Assembly (NCBI GenBank): GCA_040904425.1
Contig: JBBDTM010000076.1
Location: 21,190 to 85,189 of the forward strand
Origin: Alkalispirochaeta sp.
Lineage (GTDB): Bacteria; Spirochaetota; Spirochaetia; DSM-27196; Alkalispirochaetaceae
DNA length: 64,000 bases
Direction: 5' to 3'
In this document: in pieces, positions 19,257 through 27,971 of the stretch
Layout of the letters: every line of letters begins with the position of its first letter
Numbering within the stretch: position 1 is the first letter of the stretch
Notes under the pieces: model-generated
What the model was told of the DNA's origin: nothing
Databases searched by the model: none
What the model saw: the letters and a program-made list of their open reading frames with translations, nothing else
Program-made: the position numbers and the translations under genes

Positions 19257-20849
19257 ATGGCACGTCGTCTTTTTCAAGTTGTGGTGTTTCTCGCGCTCCT
19301 CGCGCACGGCGGTCTCACGGTGACCGCCCAGGATGCCTCTCAGTCACGGGAGTTCGTCGTTTCTTTTCCTCAAGGAAACGCGCAACTCAATCCGATCTAC
19401 AGCTTCACGTCCAGTGAGGCGCAAATCTACAGCGGCCTCTATGAGGGCCTCGTCAGCTACCATCCTTTGACGATGGAACCGGAGGCGGCGGTTGCCGAAC
19501 GGTGGGACGTGAGCGAAGACCGAAAGGAATACACCTTCCACTTACGCGAAAGCGCCCGCTATTGGAACGGAGATGCGGTGACCGCCGATCATTTCCGCGA
19601 CACCTGGCTAAAACTTGTCGACCCGGAGACGGATGCCGCCTACAATTTCCTCTTCGATATCATTGCAGGCGTTCGTGAATATCGTACCGGTGAGATCGAA
19701 GATGCCGATCAAGTCGGAATTACCGCCGTGGATGACGGGACTCTCCGCGTGACGCTACGTCGACCGGCTACCCATTTTCTGCGGATCCTCAGCCACCACG
19801 CCTTCGTACCAGTTCACCCATCGATCCGCGACCAACGGGACTGGTCACAGCTCTCCGAGGTACTCGGTAATGGGCCGTACCGGCTGATAGAACGGGGGAA
19901 CGACGAGCTGGTAATGGATCGCAATGCGGAATACTGGGACGCAGACCAGGTGGAGATTCCGCGGATACGGGTGGTCTTTACGGACGACGACACCGTGACG
20001 GATCGCTTCAACCGAGGTGAAATCGATTGGGTCACCTCCGGCATGAATCTTTCGGAGGTTCAGTTTCCGGAAAACATCGTGGTGAACCCGCTCTTCGCCA
20101 CTACCTACTATTTCCTGCGGGCCGACATAGAACCGTTTTCCGACGACCGCGTGCGCCGCGCACTGGCCCTGCTTCTTCCCTGGGACGAGATCCGTGATCC
20201 CGAGATTCAATTCATCCCAACGGACACTCTCGTACCGGAGATCCCCTATTACCCTGACGTTGTCGGCATCCGCGACCGCAACGAGGAAGAGGCGCTGGAG
20301 CTCCTCCAGGAGGCCGGATACCGCCAGGGCGTTCGACTGCCTACGATAACCGTTCATATCCCCGAGGGACAGGAGTCGCTGCGGGTGGCGGAACTCATGG
20401 AAGAGGCGTGGGAACGGTCACTGGAGGTGAGTGTGGAAATCCGCGTCACGCCCTATCCGGAATACTTTGAAACGGTGAGCGACGGCGAGTTCACGGTGGG
20501 CACGGTAAGCTGGATCGGCGATTTCGCCGATCCTCTCACCTTTCTACAGATGTGGATCAGCGACAGCAACGTGAACGACGCGGGATTCAGCAACACCGAC
20601 TACGATGAGCTCCTTGATGATTCGATGCTTCAGCGGGGCACGGACCGCTATGAGATTCTCGGCGAGGCGGAAGAGATCCTGTTACAGACGGGGACGGTGT
20701 TGCCGGTGAGTCATTCTCCGTCGATCAATCTAATCGATCTCACCGCGATAGATGGCTGGTTTCCCAATCCCCTGGATGTGCACCCCTTTCGATACCTTCG
20801 CTTCACTGACCAGGAACCGGCCCCAGGAGTGATTAACTACCGGCCGTAA
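19257..20849 (+). CDS. oppA: Peptide ABC transporter substrate-binding protein (OppA-like), orphan
   Basis: LYEGLV, AERWDVSED..EYTFHLR..A.Y.NGD.VTADHF, GNGPYRL, N.EYWD, WIGDFADPLTFL. Confidence 0.88.
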   Translation: MARRLFQVVVFLALLAHGGLTVTAQDASQSREFVVSFPQGNAQLNPIYSFTSSEAQIYSGLYEGLVSYHPLTMEPEAAVAERWDVSEDRKEYTFHLRESARYWNGDAVTADHFRDTWLKLVDPETDAAYNFLFDIIAGVREYRTGEIEDADQVGITAVDDGTLRVTLRRPATHFLRILSHHAFVPVHPSIRDQRDWSQLSEVLGNGPYRLIERGNDELVMDRNAEYWDADQVEIPRIRVVFTDDDTVTDRFNRGEIDWVTSGMNLSEVQFPENIVVNPLFATTYYFLRADIEPFSDDRVRRALALLLPWDEIRDPEIQFIPTDTLVPEIPYYPDVVGIRDRNEEEALELLQEAGYRQGVRLPTITVHIPEGQESLRVAELMEEAWERSLEVSVEIRVTPYPEYFETVSDGEFTVGTVSWIGDFADPLTFLQMWISDSNVNDAGFSNTDYDELLDDSMLQRGTDRYEILGEAEEILLQTGTVLPVSHSPSINLIDLTAIDGWFPNPLDVHPFRYLRFTDQEPAPGVINYRP

Positions 20850-20885
20850 CGCGTCATAACACGCTATCACAGGTGTTGGCCCTCT

Positions 20886-20915
20886 TTGACCCGAACGCCT
20901 ACTTACCGGTATACT
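20886..20915 (+). promoter_or_regulatory. carD promoter, leaderless arrangement
   Basis: TTGACC(20886-91)-18 nt-TATACT(20910-15)-7 nt-ATG 20923; no SD. Confidence 0.6.
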
Positions 20916-20922
20916 GGGCGGA

Positions 20923-21510
20923 ATGAGCAGTAGTGCCAAGGAAAAATCCACGACGTTTCAGAAAGAGCAGCAGGTTGTGTATCCGTTGCAAGGCGTCGGA
21001 CAGATTCAGGAAATCATTGAAATCGACTTCAAGGGTAAAAAGACCCTGTACTATGTGATCTACCTGCCGGTTTCCGACATGACCGTCAAGATTCCTGTGG
21101 ATCGGGCGGAGGAACACGGAATTCGCGCGATCGTTCCCAAGGATGAGGCTGAAAAGGCACTGGATCTTTTCTCGCAGGAATTTGAACCGGTTCCGGCAGA
21201 TTGGAAGATGCGCTACCAGATGAATCTAGATCTCCTGAAGAAGGGATCGATCATGGATATCGCGTCGGTGGTGCGTACGCTTTATGCCCGCAAGAAGGTG
21301 AAAGAGCTCCCCATCATGGAGCGCAAACTCTATGACAGCGCGCTGCAATTGCTCGTGGACGAGGTCTCTTTCTCGATGGACGTCTCCAAGAAGGAAGTTG
21401 AAGAACTCGTCTTCCAGAAGCTTGAAGTTGACACCGGTACTGATGACGCCGACGGCGGTGATATACTCCCGGATGACGAAGACCTGGAAGGTGACGACGA
21501 CGACAGCTGA
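20923..21510 (+). CDS. carD: CarD/CdnL-family RNA polymerase-binding factor
   Basis: VVYPLQGVGQI, YYVI, KIPV..A...GIR, WKMRY, A.VVRTL, ERKLYDSA..LL..E; acidic tail. Confidence 0.9.
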   Translation: MSSSAKEKSTTFQKEQQVVYPLQGVGQIQEIIEIDFKGKKTLYYVIYLPVSDMTVKIPVDRAEEHGIRAIVPKDEAEKALDLFSQEFEPVPADWKMRYQMNLDLLKKGSIMDIASVVRTLYARKKVKELPIMERKLYDSALQLLVDEVSFSMDVSKKEVEELVFQKLEVDTGTDDADGGDILPDDEDLEGDDDDS

Positions 21511-22180
21511 TGAAGCGGTCTCCAACCCGTGGGAACGGCCGCTGCACCTTATCGCCGATGCGATCGGCACAGATTTTCAGGCGGGTGTGAACCAGATCGC
21601 CCCTGAAGCGGACGGTATCGATGCCCCGTTTCGCGTACTCGTTTCCACCGTGATCAGCTTGCGTACTCGCGACGAAGTAACCGTATCCGCCGGCCGACGG
21701 CTCCTGGCGGAAGCGCCCGATCCCGACACTCTATCACGCCTGTCCGAGGCGCGAATCCAGAAACTAATCTACCCCGCAGGCTTCTACAAGAACAAGGCGA
21801 AGAATCTCAAGGAAATCGGTCGGCTGATTTCCGAAGAGTGTGGCGGAGCAGTTCCGGATACGCGCGAAAGACTCACGGCGCTCCCCGGTGTGGGCCCCAA
21901 GACGGCGAACCTCGTGCTGGGTCTCGGGTTCGGGATCGATGCGATCTGCGTTGACACGCACGTCCACCGCATTCCCAACCGACTGGGTTGGATTTCCACA
22001 GAGACTCCGGAAGCGTCGGAGCGTGAGCTGATGGAATTGCTTCCGCGGAGATACTGGATTTCGATCAACCAGCTCTTGGTGGGATTCGGCCGGCAAGTCT
22101 GCACTCCCGTGAGCCCCCGGTGCAGCATCTGCCCGCTATCGTATCAGTGTCCCAAGAACGGCGTTGAACGACACCGATAG
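21491..22180 (+). CDS. nth: Endonuclease III (start approximate)
   Basis: PFRVLVSTVISLRT, HhH LPGVGPKTAN, VDTHVHR, [4Fe-4S] CTPVSPRCSICPLSYQC. Confidence 0.93.
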   Translation: MTTTTADEAVSNPWERPLHLIADAIGTDFQAGVNQIAPEADGIDAPFRVLVSTVISLRTRDEVTVSAGRRLLAEAPDPDTLSRLSEARIQKLIYPAGFYKNKAKNLKEIGRLISEECGGAVPDTRERLTALPGVGPKTANLVLGLGFGIDAICVDTHVHRIPNRLGWISTETPEASERELMELLPRRYWISINQLLVGFGRQVCTPVSPRCSICPLSYQCPKNGVERHR

Positions 22181-22257
22181 TGGACGCCCGCCCCCCCCGT
22201 TGCGGGCCGGCGCTTCGATGCGTTTCGTTCTCAGTTCTCAGTTCTTTCGTCTGTTGG

Positions 22258-22965
22258 CTACTGTCCTTCTTTAATGAGCAGCGTCTTCGGATCAAGCTGC
22301 AGGTGGAGATCCTCTTCACGATACTCTTCATGGTCCTTCACCAGCCGAAGCTTCAAATGGTCCCCCTCCGGTGCCAGGGTAATCAGAACCGTAATTTGAT
22401 CTTCGAACCGCTGCAATGATGCCGGGATTCCGTGCTCATTCAGTGTGGGATCGTCGCGGTGGATCGATGCCGTAAACCAGACGGTCAGCTGGTGCTCCGC
22501 CGCAAACTCACGGAGCGCGCTGAGCGTCTCTACCTCACCTTTTTCGAAGTCATATCCATCGATAACGATCACGTCCGCCCGGAAATTTCCGTCCTCTACC
22601 AGAGCGCGAATGCTGCGAAGCAGCTGCTCCCGCGTGACGCCTTCCTGACTGAAATTCATGACCACGCGGTTCTTGATCAGTTCGTCGTGGATATCCATCG
22701 CGTTCTCCAGGTGCCGTTTTTTGGCAATCTCCCCGAAGATATCCTCATACCAACTAATGATATGATCGGTTCGTCCAGAAAAAGAAACGTGAACGACGTG
22801 TTTTTGCTGAAAAAGCTGATCCGTAGCAATATGTACGAGACATGCCGTCTTTCCGGTGCCTTTGCGCGCGGCGATAACACCCACGTTTCCAGCTCCGACG
22901 CCGCCGTGAATCGATTGTTCCAACAGCCGCAGGGGACTGCGCTTAATGAGCTCTTCTCTGACCAT
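22258..22965 (-). CDS. RecA/KaiC-like P-loop ATPase of unknown function
   Basis: ARKGTGKT Walker A, VIVIDG Walker B; 11 bp downstream of fusA. Confidence 0.65.
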   Translation of the reverse strand: MVREELIKRSPLRLLEQSIHGGVGAGNVGVIAARKGTGKTACLVHIATDQLFQQKHVVHVSFSGRTDHIISWYEDIFGEIAKKRHLENAMDIHDELIKNRVVMNFSQEGVTREQLLRSIRALVEDGNFRADVIVIDGYDFEKGEVETLSALREFAAEHQLTVWFTASIHRDDPTLNEHGIPASLQRFEDQITVLITLAPEGDHLKLRLVKDHEEYREEDLHLQLDPKTLLIKEGQ

Positions 22966-22976
22966 ACGGCGCCTCC

Positions 22977-25064
22977 TTATTTATTGCCTTCCTGCTTGGC
23001 TTTGAGGTACTTCTGACGAAGCTCCTCTGCAATACTTTGCGGTACTTTCCCGTACTTCGCAAATTCCATCGAGTATTCCGCCTTTCCTTGCGTCAAGGAG
23101 CGCAACACCGTGGAGAAGCCAAACATCTCGGCCAGCGGGACTTCCGCTTCCACGATACTAAAAAGCCCATCTTCATTGGACGCTACAATGAGTCCCCGGC
23201 GCTGGTTGAGAACGCCGAAGATGTTGCCCTGGTACTCAGTGGGGCCTTCAACCACAACTTTCATGATCGGCTCCAAGGCGATCGGCTTGGCCTTCTCGTA
23301 CACACTGCGGAACGCTGCCAGGGCAGCGGTCTGAAACGCCTGGTCCGAGGAGTCCACCGGGTGTGTGGCGCCGTCATTAACCACCGCCCGAACGTTGATA
23401 ATCGGGTAGCCGATGTAGGTTCCCCGATCCAAGGCGCTACGGAACCCTTTGTCCACCGACGGGATGTACTCCTGCGGAATCACACCACCTTTGATCTGGT
23501 TAATAAACTCGTAGTTCTCTTCTTCGTTGGGCTCGATATAGCCGGCAACGCGGCCGAACTGCCCACTACCACCGGTCTGTTTCTTGTGGGTATAGTCGTA
23601 CTCCGCACGTTGGCTGATCGCTTCGCGATACGCCACCTCGGGCCTACCCGTTTCCACCTCGGCCTTGTACTCGCGCTTCATGCGCTCCACGTACACGTCC
23701 AGATGCAACTCTCCCATGCCCTGAATAATCGTCTCGTTGCTCTCCTCGTCCACATAGGACCGGAAGGTGGGATCTTCTTTTACGAAGCGTCCAATCGCCT
23801 TACCCATGCGGTCGGCGGCGGCCTTATCCTTCGGTTTGATCGAAAGCGAGATCACCGGCTGCGGAATAAACATAGATGTCATTGACACGTTCATCTCGGG
23901 ACTGCAGAAGGTATCTCCCGAGGCGCAGTCGATTCCAAAGAGTGCGACAATGTCGCCGCTGCCGGCCTCGTTGATATCTTCCATGTGGTTGGCGTGCATT
24001 CGTACGAGCCGTCCCACTTTGAACTTCTTTCGAGTCCGCACGTTGAAGAGCTCCGTGCCCTTCTTCGCCATTCCCTGATATATTCGGATGTACGTAAGCT
24101 GCCCGTACTGACCGTCTTCGAGTTTGAACGCCAGAGCGATGCTCGGTTTCTCATCATCGGAGATGGTGATGAACTCTTCCTCGTTGTTGTTGAGGTCCAG
24201 CGCCTTGTTGGTGATATCCAACGGTGAGGGCAAATACTTCACCACGGCGTTGAGCACCGTCTGGACACCCTTATTCTTGTAGGCGCTTCCCACATATACG
24301 GGACAGAGTTCATTAGCGATAACCGCTTGACGGATGGCGTTGTCGATCTGTTCAATAGTGGCCGTCCCCTCCAGGGCGGCCTCCATCAGCTCTTCATCAA
24401 ACATTGATGCCGCATCGAGGAGCTTCTCGCGATACTCCTCGGCCTGGTCCTTCAGGTCGGCGGGAATCTCATCCTCGCGAATAATCTCGCCGAAATCACC
24501 CTCAAAATAGTTGGCCTTCATCGTGACCAGATCGACCATTCCCACGTGCTTGTCTTCGAGGCCGATCGGAAGCTGCGCCATCACCGCGTTCAAGCCAAGC
24601 TTATCCTCGAGCTGCTGCCGGACTTTGAGCGGATCGGCTCCAGCGCGGTCACATTTGTTGACAAACGCCAACCGGGGCACCTCATAGCGCTTCAGTTGAC
24701 GGTCGACCGTGATCGACTGAGACTGTACTCCTGCTACGGAGTCCAGAATCAGGATCGCTCCGTCAAGGACGCGAAGCGCCCGTTCCACCTCGATGGTGAA
24801 GTCAACGTGTCCGGGAGTATCGATGATGTTGATGGGATATCCCTTCCATTCAACGTTGGTAGCGGCGGACTGGATGGTGATGCCACGTTCCCGCTCGAGT
24901 TCCATCGAATCCATCGTGGCGCCGACGCCGTCTTTACCGCGAACTTCATGAATCGCATGAATCTTATCGCTGTAGAACAGTATTCGCTCGGTGAGCGTCG
25001 TCTTGCCACTGTCAATGTGCGCAGAAATACCAATATTGCGCATTTTTGCCAGTTTGTCACTCAT
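22977..25064 (-). CDS. fusA: Elongation factor G (spirochaete/mitochondrial EF-G1 type)
   Basis: [69 protein letters not shown]. Confidence 0.98.
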   Translation of the reverse strand: MSDKLAKMRNIGISAHIDSGKTTLTERILFYSDKIHAIHEVRGKDGVGATMDSMELERERGITIQSAATNVEWKGYPINIIDTPGHVDFTIEVERALRVLDGAILILDSVAGVQSQSITVDRQLKRYEVPRLAFVNKCDRAGADPLKVRQQLEDKLGLNAVMAQLPIGLEDKHVGMVDLVTMKANYFEGDFGEIIREDEIPADLKDQAEEYREKLLDAASMFDEELMEAALEGTATIEQIDNAIRQAVIANELCPVYVGSAYKNKGVQTVLNAVVKYLPSPLDITNKALDLNNNEEEFITISDDEKPSIALAFKLEDGQYGQLTYIRIYQGMAKKGTELFNVRTRKKFKVGRLVRMHANHMEDINEAGSGDIVALFGIDCASGDTFCSPEMNVSMTSMFIPQPVISLSIKPKDKAAADRMGKAIGRFVKEDPTFRSYVDEESNETIIQGMGELHLDVYVERMKREYKAEVETGRPEVAYREAISQRAEYDYTHKKQTGGSGQFGRVAGYIEPNEEENYEFINQIKGGVIPQEYIPSVDKGFRSALDRGTYIGYPIINVRAVVNDGATHPVDSSDQAFQTAALAAFRSVYEKAKPIALEPIMKVVVEGPTEYQGNIFGVLNQRRGLIVASNEDGLFSIVEAEVPLAEMFGFSTVLRSLTQGKAEYSMEFAKYGKVPQSIAEELRQKYLKAKQEGNK

Positions 25065-25115
25065 GAAAAATCTTCCTTAACAAATTTATCTGTGTTTGCC
25101 TGCGTGCGTCGTGCA

Positions 25116-25145
25116 ACTATATAGACGGCATTGATTTCCATCAAT
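25116..25145 (-). promoter_or_regulatory. fusA promoter with inverted repeat over the -35
   Basis: Minus strand TTGATG(25144-39)-17 nt-TATAGT(25121-16); ATTGAT-N4-ATCAAT at 25130-25145. Confidence 0.5.
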
Positions 25146-25192
25146 ACCTGAGTGCGAGTATGAAGTAAACGTCTGCCGGCACGAGTCTCTGG

Positions 25193-26437
25193 TTACTCGT
25201 ACTGGTTGAAGTACAGCGCGTAGATCGCCTGAATGTGCCTATTGTGCAACGGTTCGGCGTCGTCCGGCAAGTCCGCGTTGACCCGTTCCTGAACCTCATC
25301 CTGGGTAATCTGCGGATTCGCGGCGCGGATCTGAACCACCTGAAGGAGAGCTTCGGGGTCAACATCCCGGAGATTCCCAAAAAGGGTCCGACCGGCAAGG
25401 ATAATCGAGCCTCGGCGAAGCGCTTCAAACTCCGTCTGCAGTTCGGCCTTTTCCTCTCGAACCGCCTGCAGTTGCGCCTCAAACTGCTCAGCCATTTCGG
25501 CCATAAGGTGCGCTTGCTGCTCGGCAAGCTGAGAGATCTGCGCCTCCAGCCGGTTTACCGCCTGTTCACCGCTCTCTTGCAGCCGGTTTACCGCCTGTTC
25601 ACCGCTCTCTTGCAGCCGGTTTACCGCTTGTTCACCGCTCTCTTGCAACCGGTTTACCGCTTGTTCACCGCTCTCTTGCAGCCGGTTGAGCGCTTGTTCA
25701 TTTCTCTCTTGCAGCCGGTTTACCGCTTGTTCATTTTTTTCAGTGACCGCAGTGATTGCGTTTTCACTCTCACGACGCAAGCTCTCCACCCGGGACAGAA
25801 TACTCTCGTCACGGTTGTTCTGCTCTATATCAACCGCCACCCGCCGCTCCATACGCTGCCGAAGATCTACGATCTGCTGGGCGAGATACTGTGGGTCCTG
25901 GCTCTGAATATAGTTGGCCGGATTCTCTACGGCTCGCTGAATTCGGTCCAGGAACTGCGCTTCTGAGAGGAACTGTCCATTCATTCGGACGGCGAGATTA
26001 TCAACCAGCAGGCGAAAGTCAAAACGTACGGCGTCGTCAAACTCAAATTGCATACCTGATGGCATATACTGAACATAGTCGGCACCATCTATGAGGAACT
26101 CCGAGGGAATTACCACCGCATCCGCACGGTCCGATTCGAAGACGTACCGGAGACGGTCGATCTCAAGACCATCGATCTCGTAAATCACTTCCCGCATCGC
26201 GTCGAGCGCCTCCGCATGAGCTGACGAGAATCGTCCCATGACACTTACGCTAAAGCGGCGATCCTGGCTATCGCTGAGTCGCCACGACGGAACCCCGCCG
26301 TCGGAGTATTCCTCACGCACCGTGTACCCTTCATCTTCAAGAGCATTGGTTACGTCACTTCGACTCTGCGCCGGCGCGGTGACGAGTCCCATCGTCAACA
26401 GGGCCACCGCAATTCCGTATACTATTCTCCGTTGCAT
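25193..26437 (-). CDS. Exported hypothetical protein with 11-residue coiled-coil repeats
   Basis: ATG 26437 with GGGGGAG SD; signal peptide; beta-rich N-domain then EQAVNRLQESG repeats. Confidence 0.75.
   Translation of the reverse strand: MQRRIVYGIAVALLTMGLVTAPAQSRSDVTNALEDEGYTVREEYSDGGVPSWRLSDSQDRRFSVSVMGRFSSAHAEALDAMREVIYEIDGLEIDRLRYVFESDRADAVVIPSEFLIDGADYVQYMPSGMQFEFDDAVRFDFRLLVDNLAVRMNGQFLSEAQFLDRIQRAVENPANYIQSQDPQYLAQQIVDLRQRMERRVAVDIEQNNRDESILSRVESLRRESENAITAVTEKNEQAVNRLQERNEQALNRLQESGEQAVNRLQESGEQAVNRLQESGEQAVNRLQESGEQAVNRLEAQISQLAEQQAHLMAEMAEQFEAQLQAVREEKAELQTEFEALRRGSIILAGRTLFGNLRDVDPEALLQVVQIRAANPQITQDEVQERVNADLPDDAEPLHNRHIQAIYALYFNQYE
25547..25735. repeat. 33-bp in-frame tandem repeat, about 5.7 copies
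   Basis: Unit CAGCCGGTTTACCGCCTGTTCACCGCTCTCTTG, contiguous, no spacers. Confidence 0.92.
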
Positions 26438-26453
26438 CTCATCTCCCCCGCCT

Positions 26454-27971
26454 CTACTGTACGTCAATCAAGACTTTGTCGAACGCCCGCAACTGCATGT
26501 CTTCGGCGGTATCCACCAACCGAGCCGTGACGCGACCATTACGATCCTCGAATCGGACGGTCCCTACGAATTCATCATCGCGCCGGAATACGTACCCGAT
26601 CGACCCGATCGAAACGTTTCGGATTCGATTGATGTACACCACGATATTGTCTTCGTCCCGTGGATCCAGAATATAACCGGTATCTCCGTTCACACGGGCA
26701 AACTGGTCGAGAGCAAAGAAGAACTCAGCGATTCTCGAATCCCGCTGGGAGATCGTCTCTTCCCGATCTGCGATCGTCGCCTCCCGGTCGTCGATCACCT
26801 CATCCCTGCTGATCACCGTTTCCTCCAAGCCCTCGCGAATCGCTTCATACTGAGCCAGCAGATCCCGGATTCGCCATTCGATCTGGGTAAGCGCACCGGG
26901 GACGGAGTTCTCGTAGGGTACCTGCTGCAACCGTCCGATCAGCTCCTGTACGTGGGCATATTGCTCTTCGAGCTTCGTGAATGCACCGCGGGAGATGACT
27001 CTCTCCTGAGACAAAAGCGAGCTGTAGGGACCCACCGAGGCGAACCCGGCGGCGGCATCCGTTTCGGGAACACCCAGAAGCTTAGCTACGGGTTCATCCC
27101 CAAAGGTCGGATTGTACAGACGGACCAGTCGGGCGATTTCATTGGCGTGACGTTGACGGATCGACTGTTCGAACTCGGCCTGGTACTGCTCGAGCTCGGA
27201 GATCTCCCGTTCGTAGGACTGGGTCAGGGATTCAATCTCCGCCTCATACTCTTCCCTGAGTTCCTGCATCTCCAGTTCATGGACGCGATTCTGATTGTCC
27301 AGCACCTCCTGTTGCTCTCGGGCCTGTTCCAACTGGCGACTGTCGTATTCCGCGATGCGCTCTTGAAGGTCGGTGATACGCTCCTGAATCTCTTCGATGC
27401 GGGGCTGGTATTCTTGGTTGAGTGCGGCAATTCCCGCCTCAGCTTCATCTTCAAACTGGGCAATCCGATTGTTCAACTGCGCCTGGGAGAGTTCCTGCTC
27501 CCGGGCAAGCTGGATGTTCCGGTCTCGCGCACGTTCAATCTGACCGATACGATTCTCCAGATCCCCTCGGACCTGGTCTAACTCTCGCCGCGCGGATTCC
27601 AGTTCGTTCTGCAGTCGTTCCGCCTCATCCAGGATGTCACGCAGATTCACATCGGCGAAGTCCTGAATATCAACCTCAATGGCCCGACTGGAACGTTGGA
27701 TATACTGGGTAACGGCTATCACCACTACCGAGAACACCACGATAAGTCCCACAATGACCAACGGCACCATAATACTGCGATTTCTACGCGTCTTGGCAAA
27801 CTCGACGCCCACATCGTATTGCTGCTGCTTGCGCCGGAACTCATTGACGATCTCCCGCAAGAAGACCTGTTTACTGCGCTCTACCAGATCTGTAGACTTC
27901 GAGCTACCGTTCTGGTTCCGGGAGTTCTGGTTCTGATTCATTTTTCCGTCATTGTCCATACGCCGTTCCAA
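26454..27971 (-). CDS. Single-pass membrane protein with long coiled coil and small C-terminal beta domain
   Basis: TM IMVPLVIVGLIVVFSVVVIAV; about 250 aa of E/Q/R-rich heptads; overlaps the cyclase stop. Confidence 0.75.
   Translation of the reverse strand: MERRMDNDGKMNQNQNSRNQNGSSKSTDLVERSKQVFLREIVNEFRRKQQQYDVGVEFAKTRRNRSIMVPLVIVGLIVVFSVVVIAVTQYIQRSSRAIEVDIQDFADVNLRDILDEAERLQNELESARRELDQVRGDLENRIGQIERARDRNIQLAREQELSQAQLNNRIAQFEDEAEAGIAALNQEYQPRIEEIQERITDLQERIAEYDSRQLEQAREQQEVLDNQNRVHELEMQELREEYEAEIESLTQSYEREISELEQYQAEFEQSIRQRHANEIARLVRLYNPTFGDEPVAKLLGVPETDAAAGFASVGPYSSLLSQERVISRGAFTKLEEQYAHVQELIGRLQQVPYENSVPGALTQIEWRIRDLLAQYEAIREGLEETVISRDEVIDDREATIADREETISQRDSRIAEFFFALDQFARVNGDTGYILDPRDEDNIVVYINRIRNVSIGSIGYVFRRDDEFVGTVRFEDRNGRVTARLVDTAEDMQLRAFDKVLIDVQ

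Noticed and set aside
25547-25735. 33-bp repeats as a CRISPR array
   Set aside because: No spacers, in-frame within a CDS, no cas genes.
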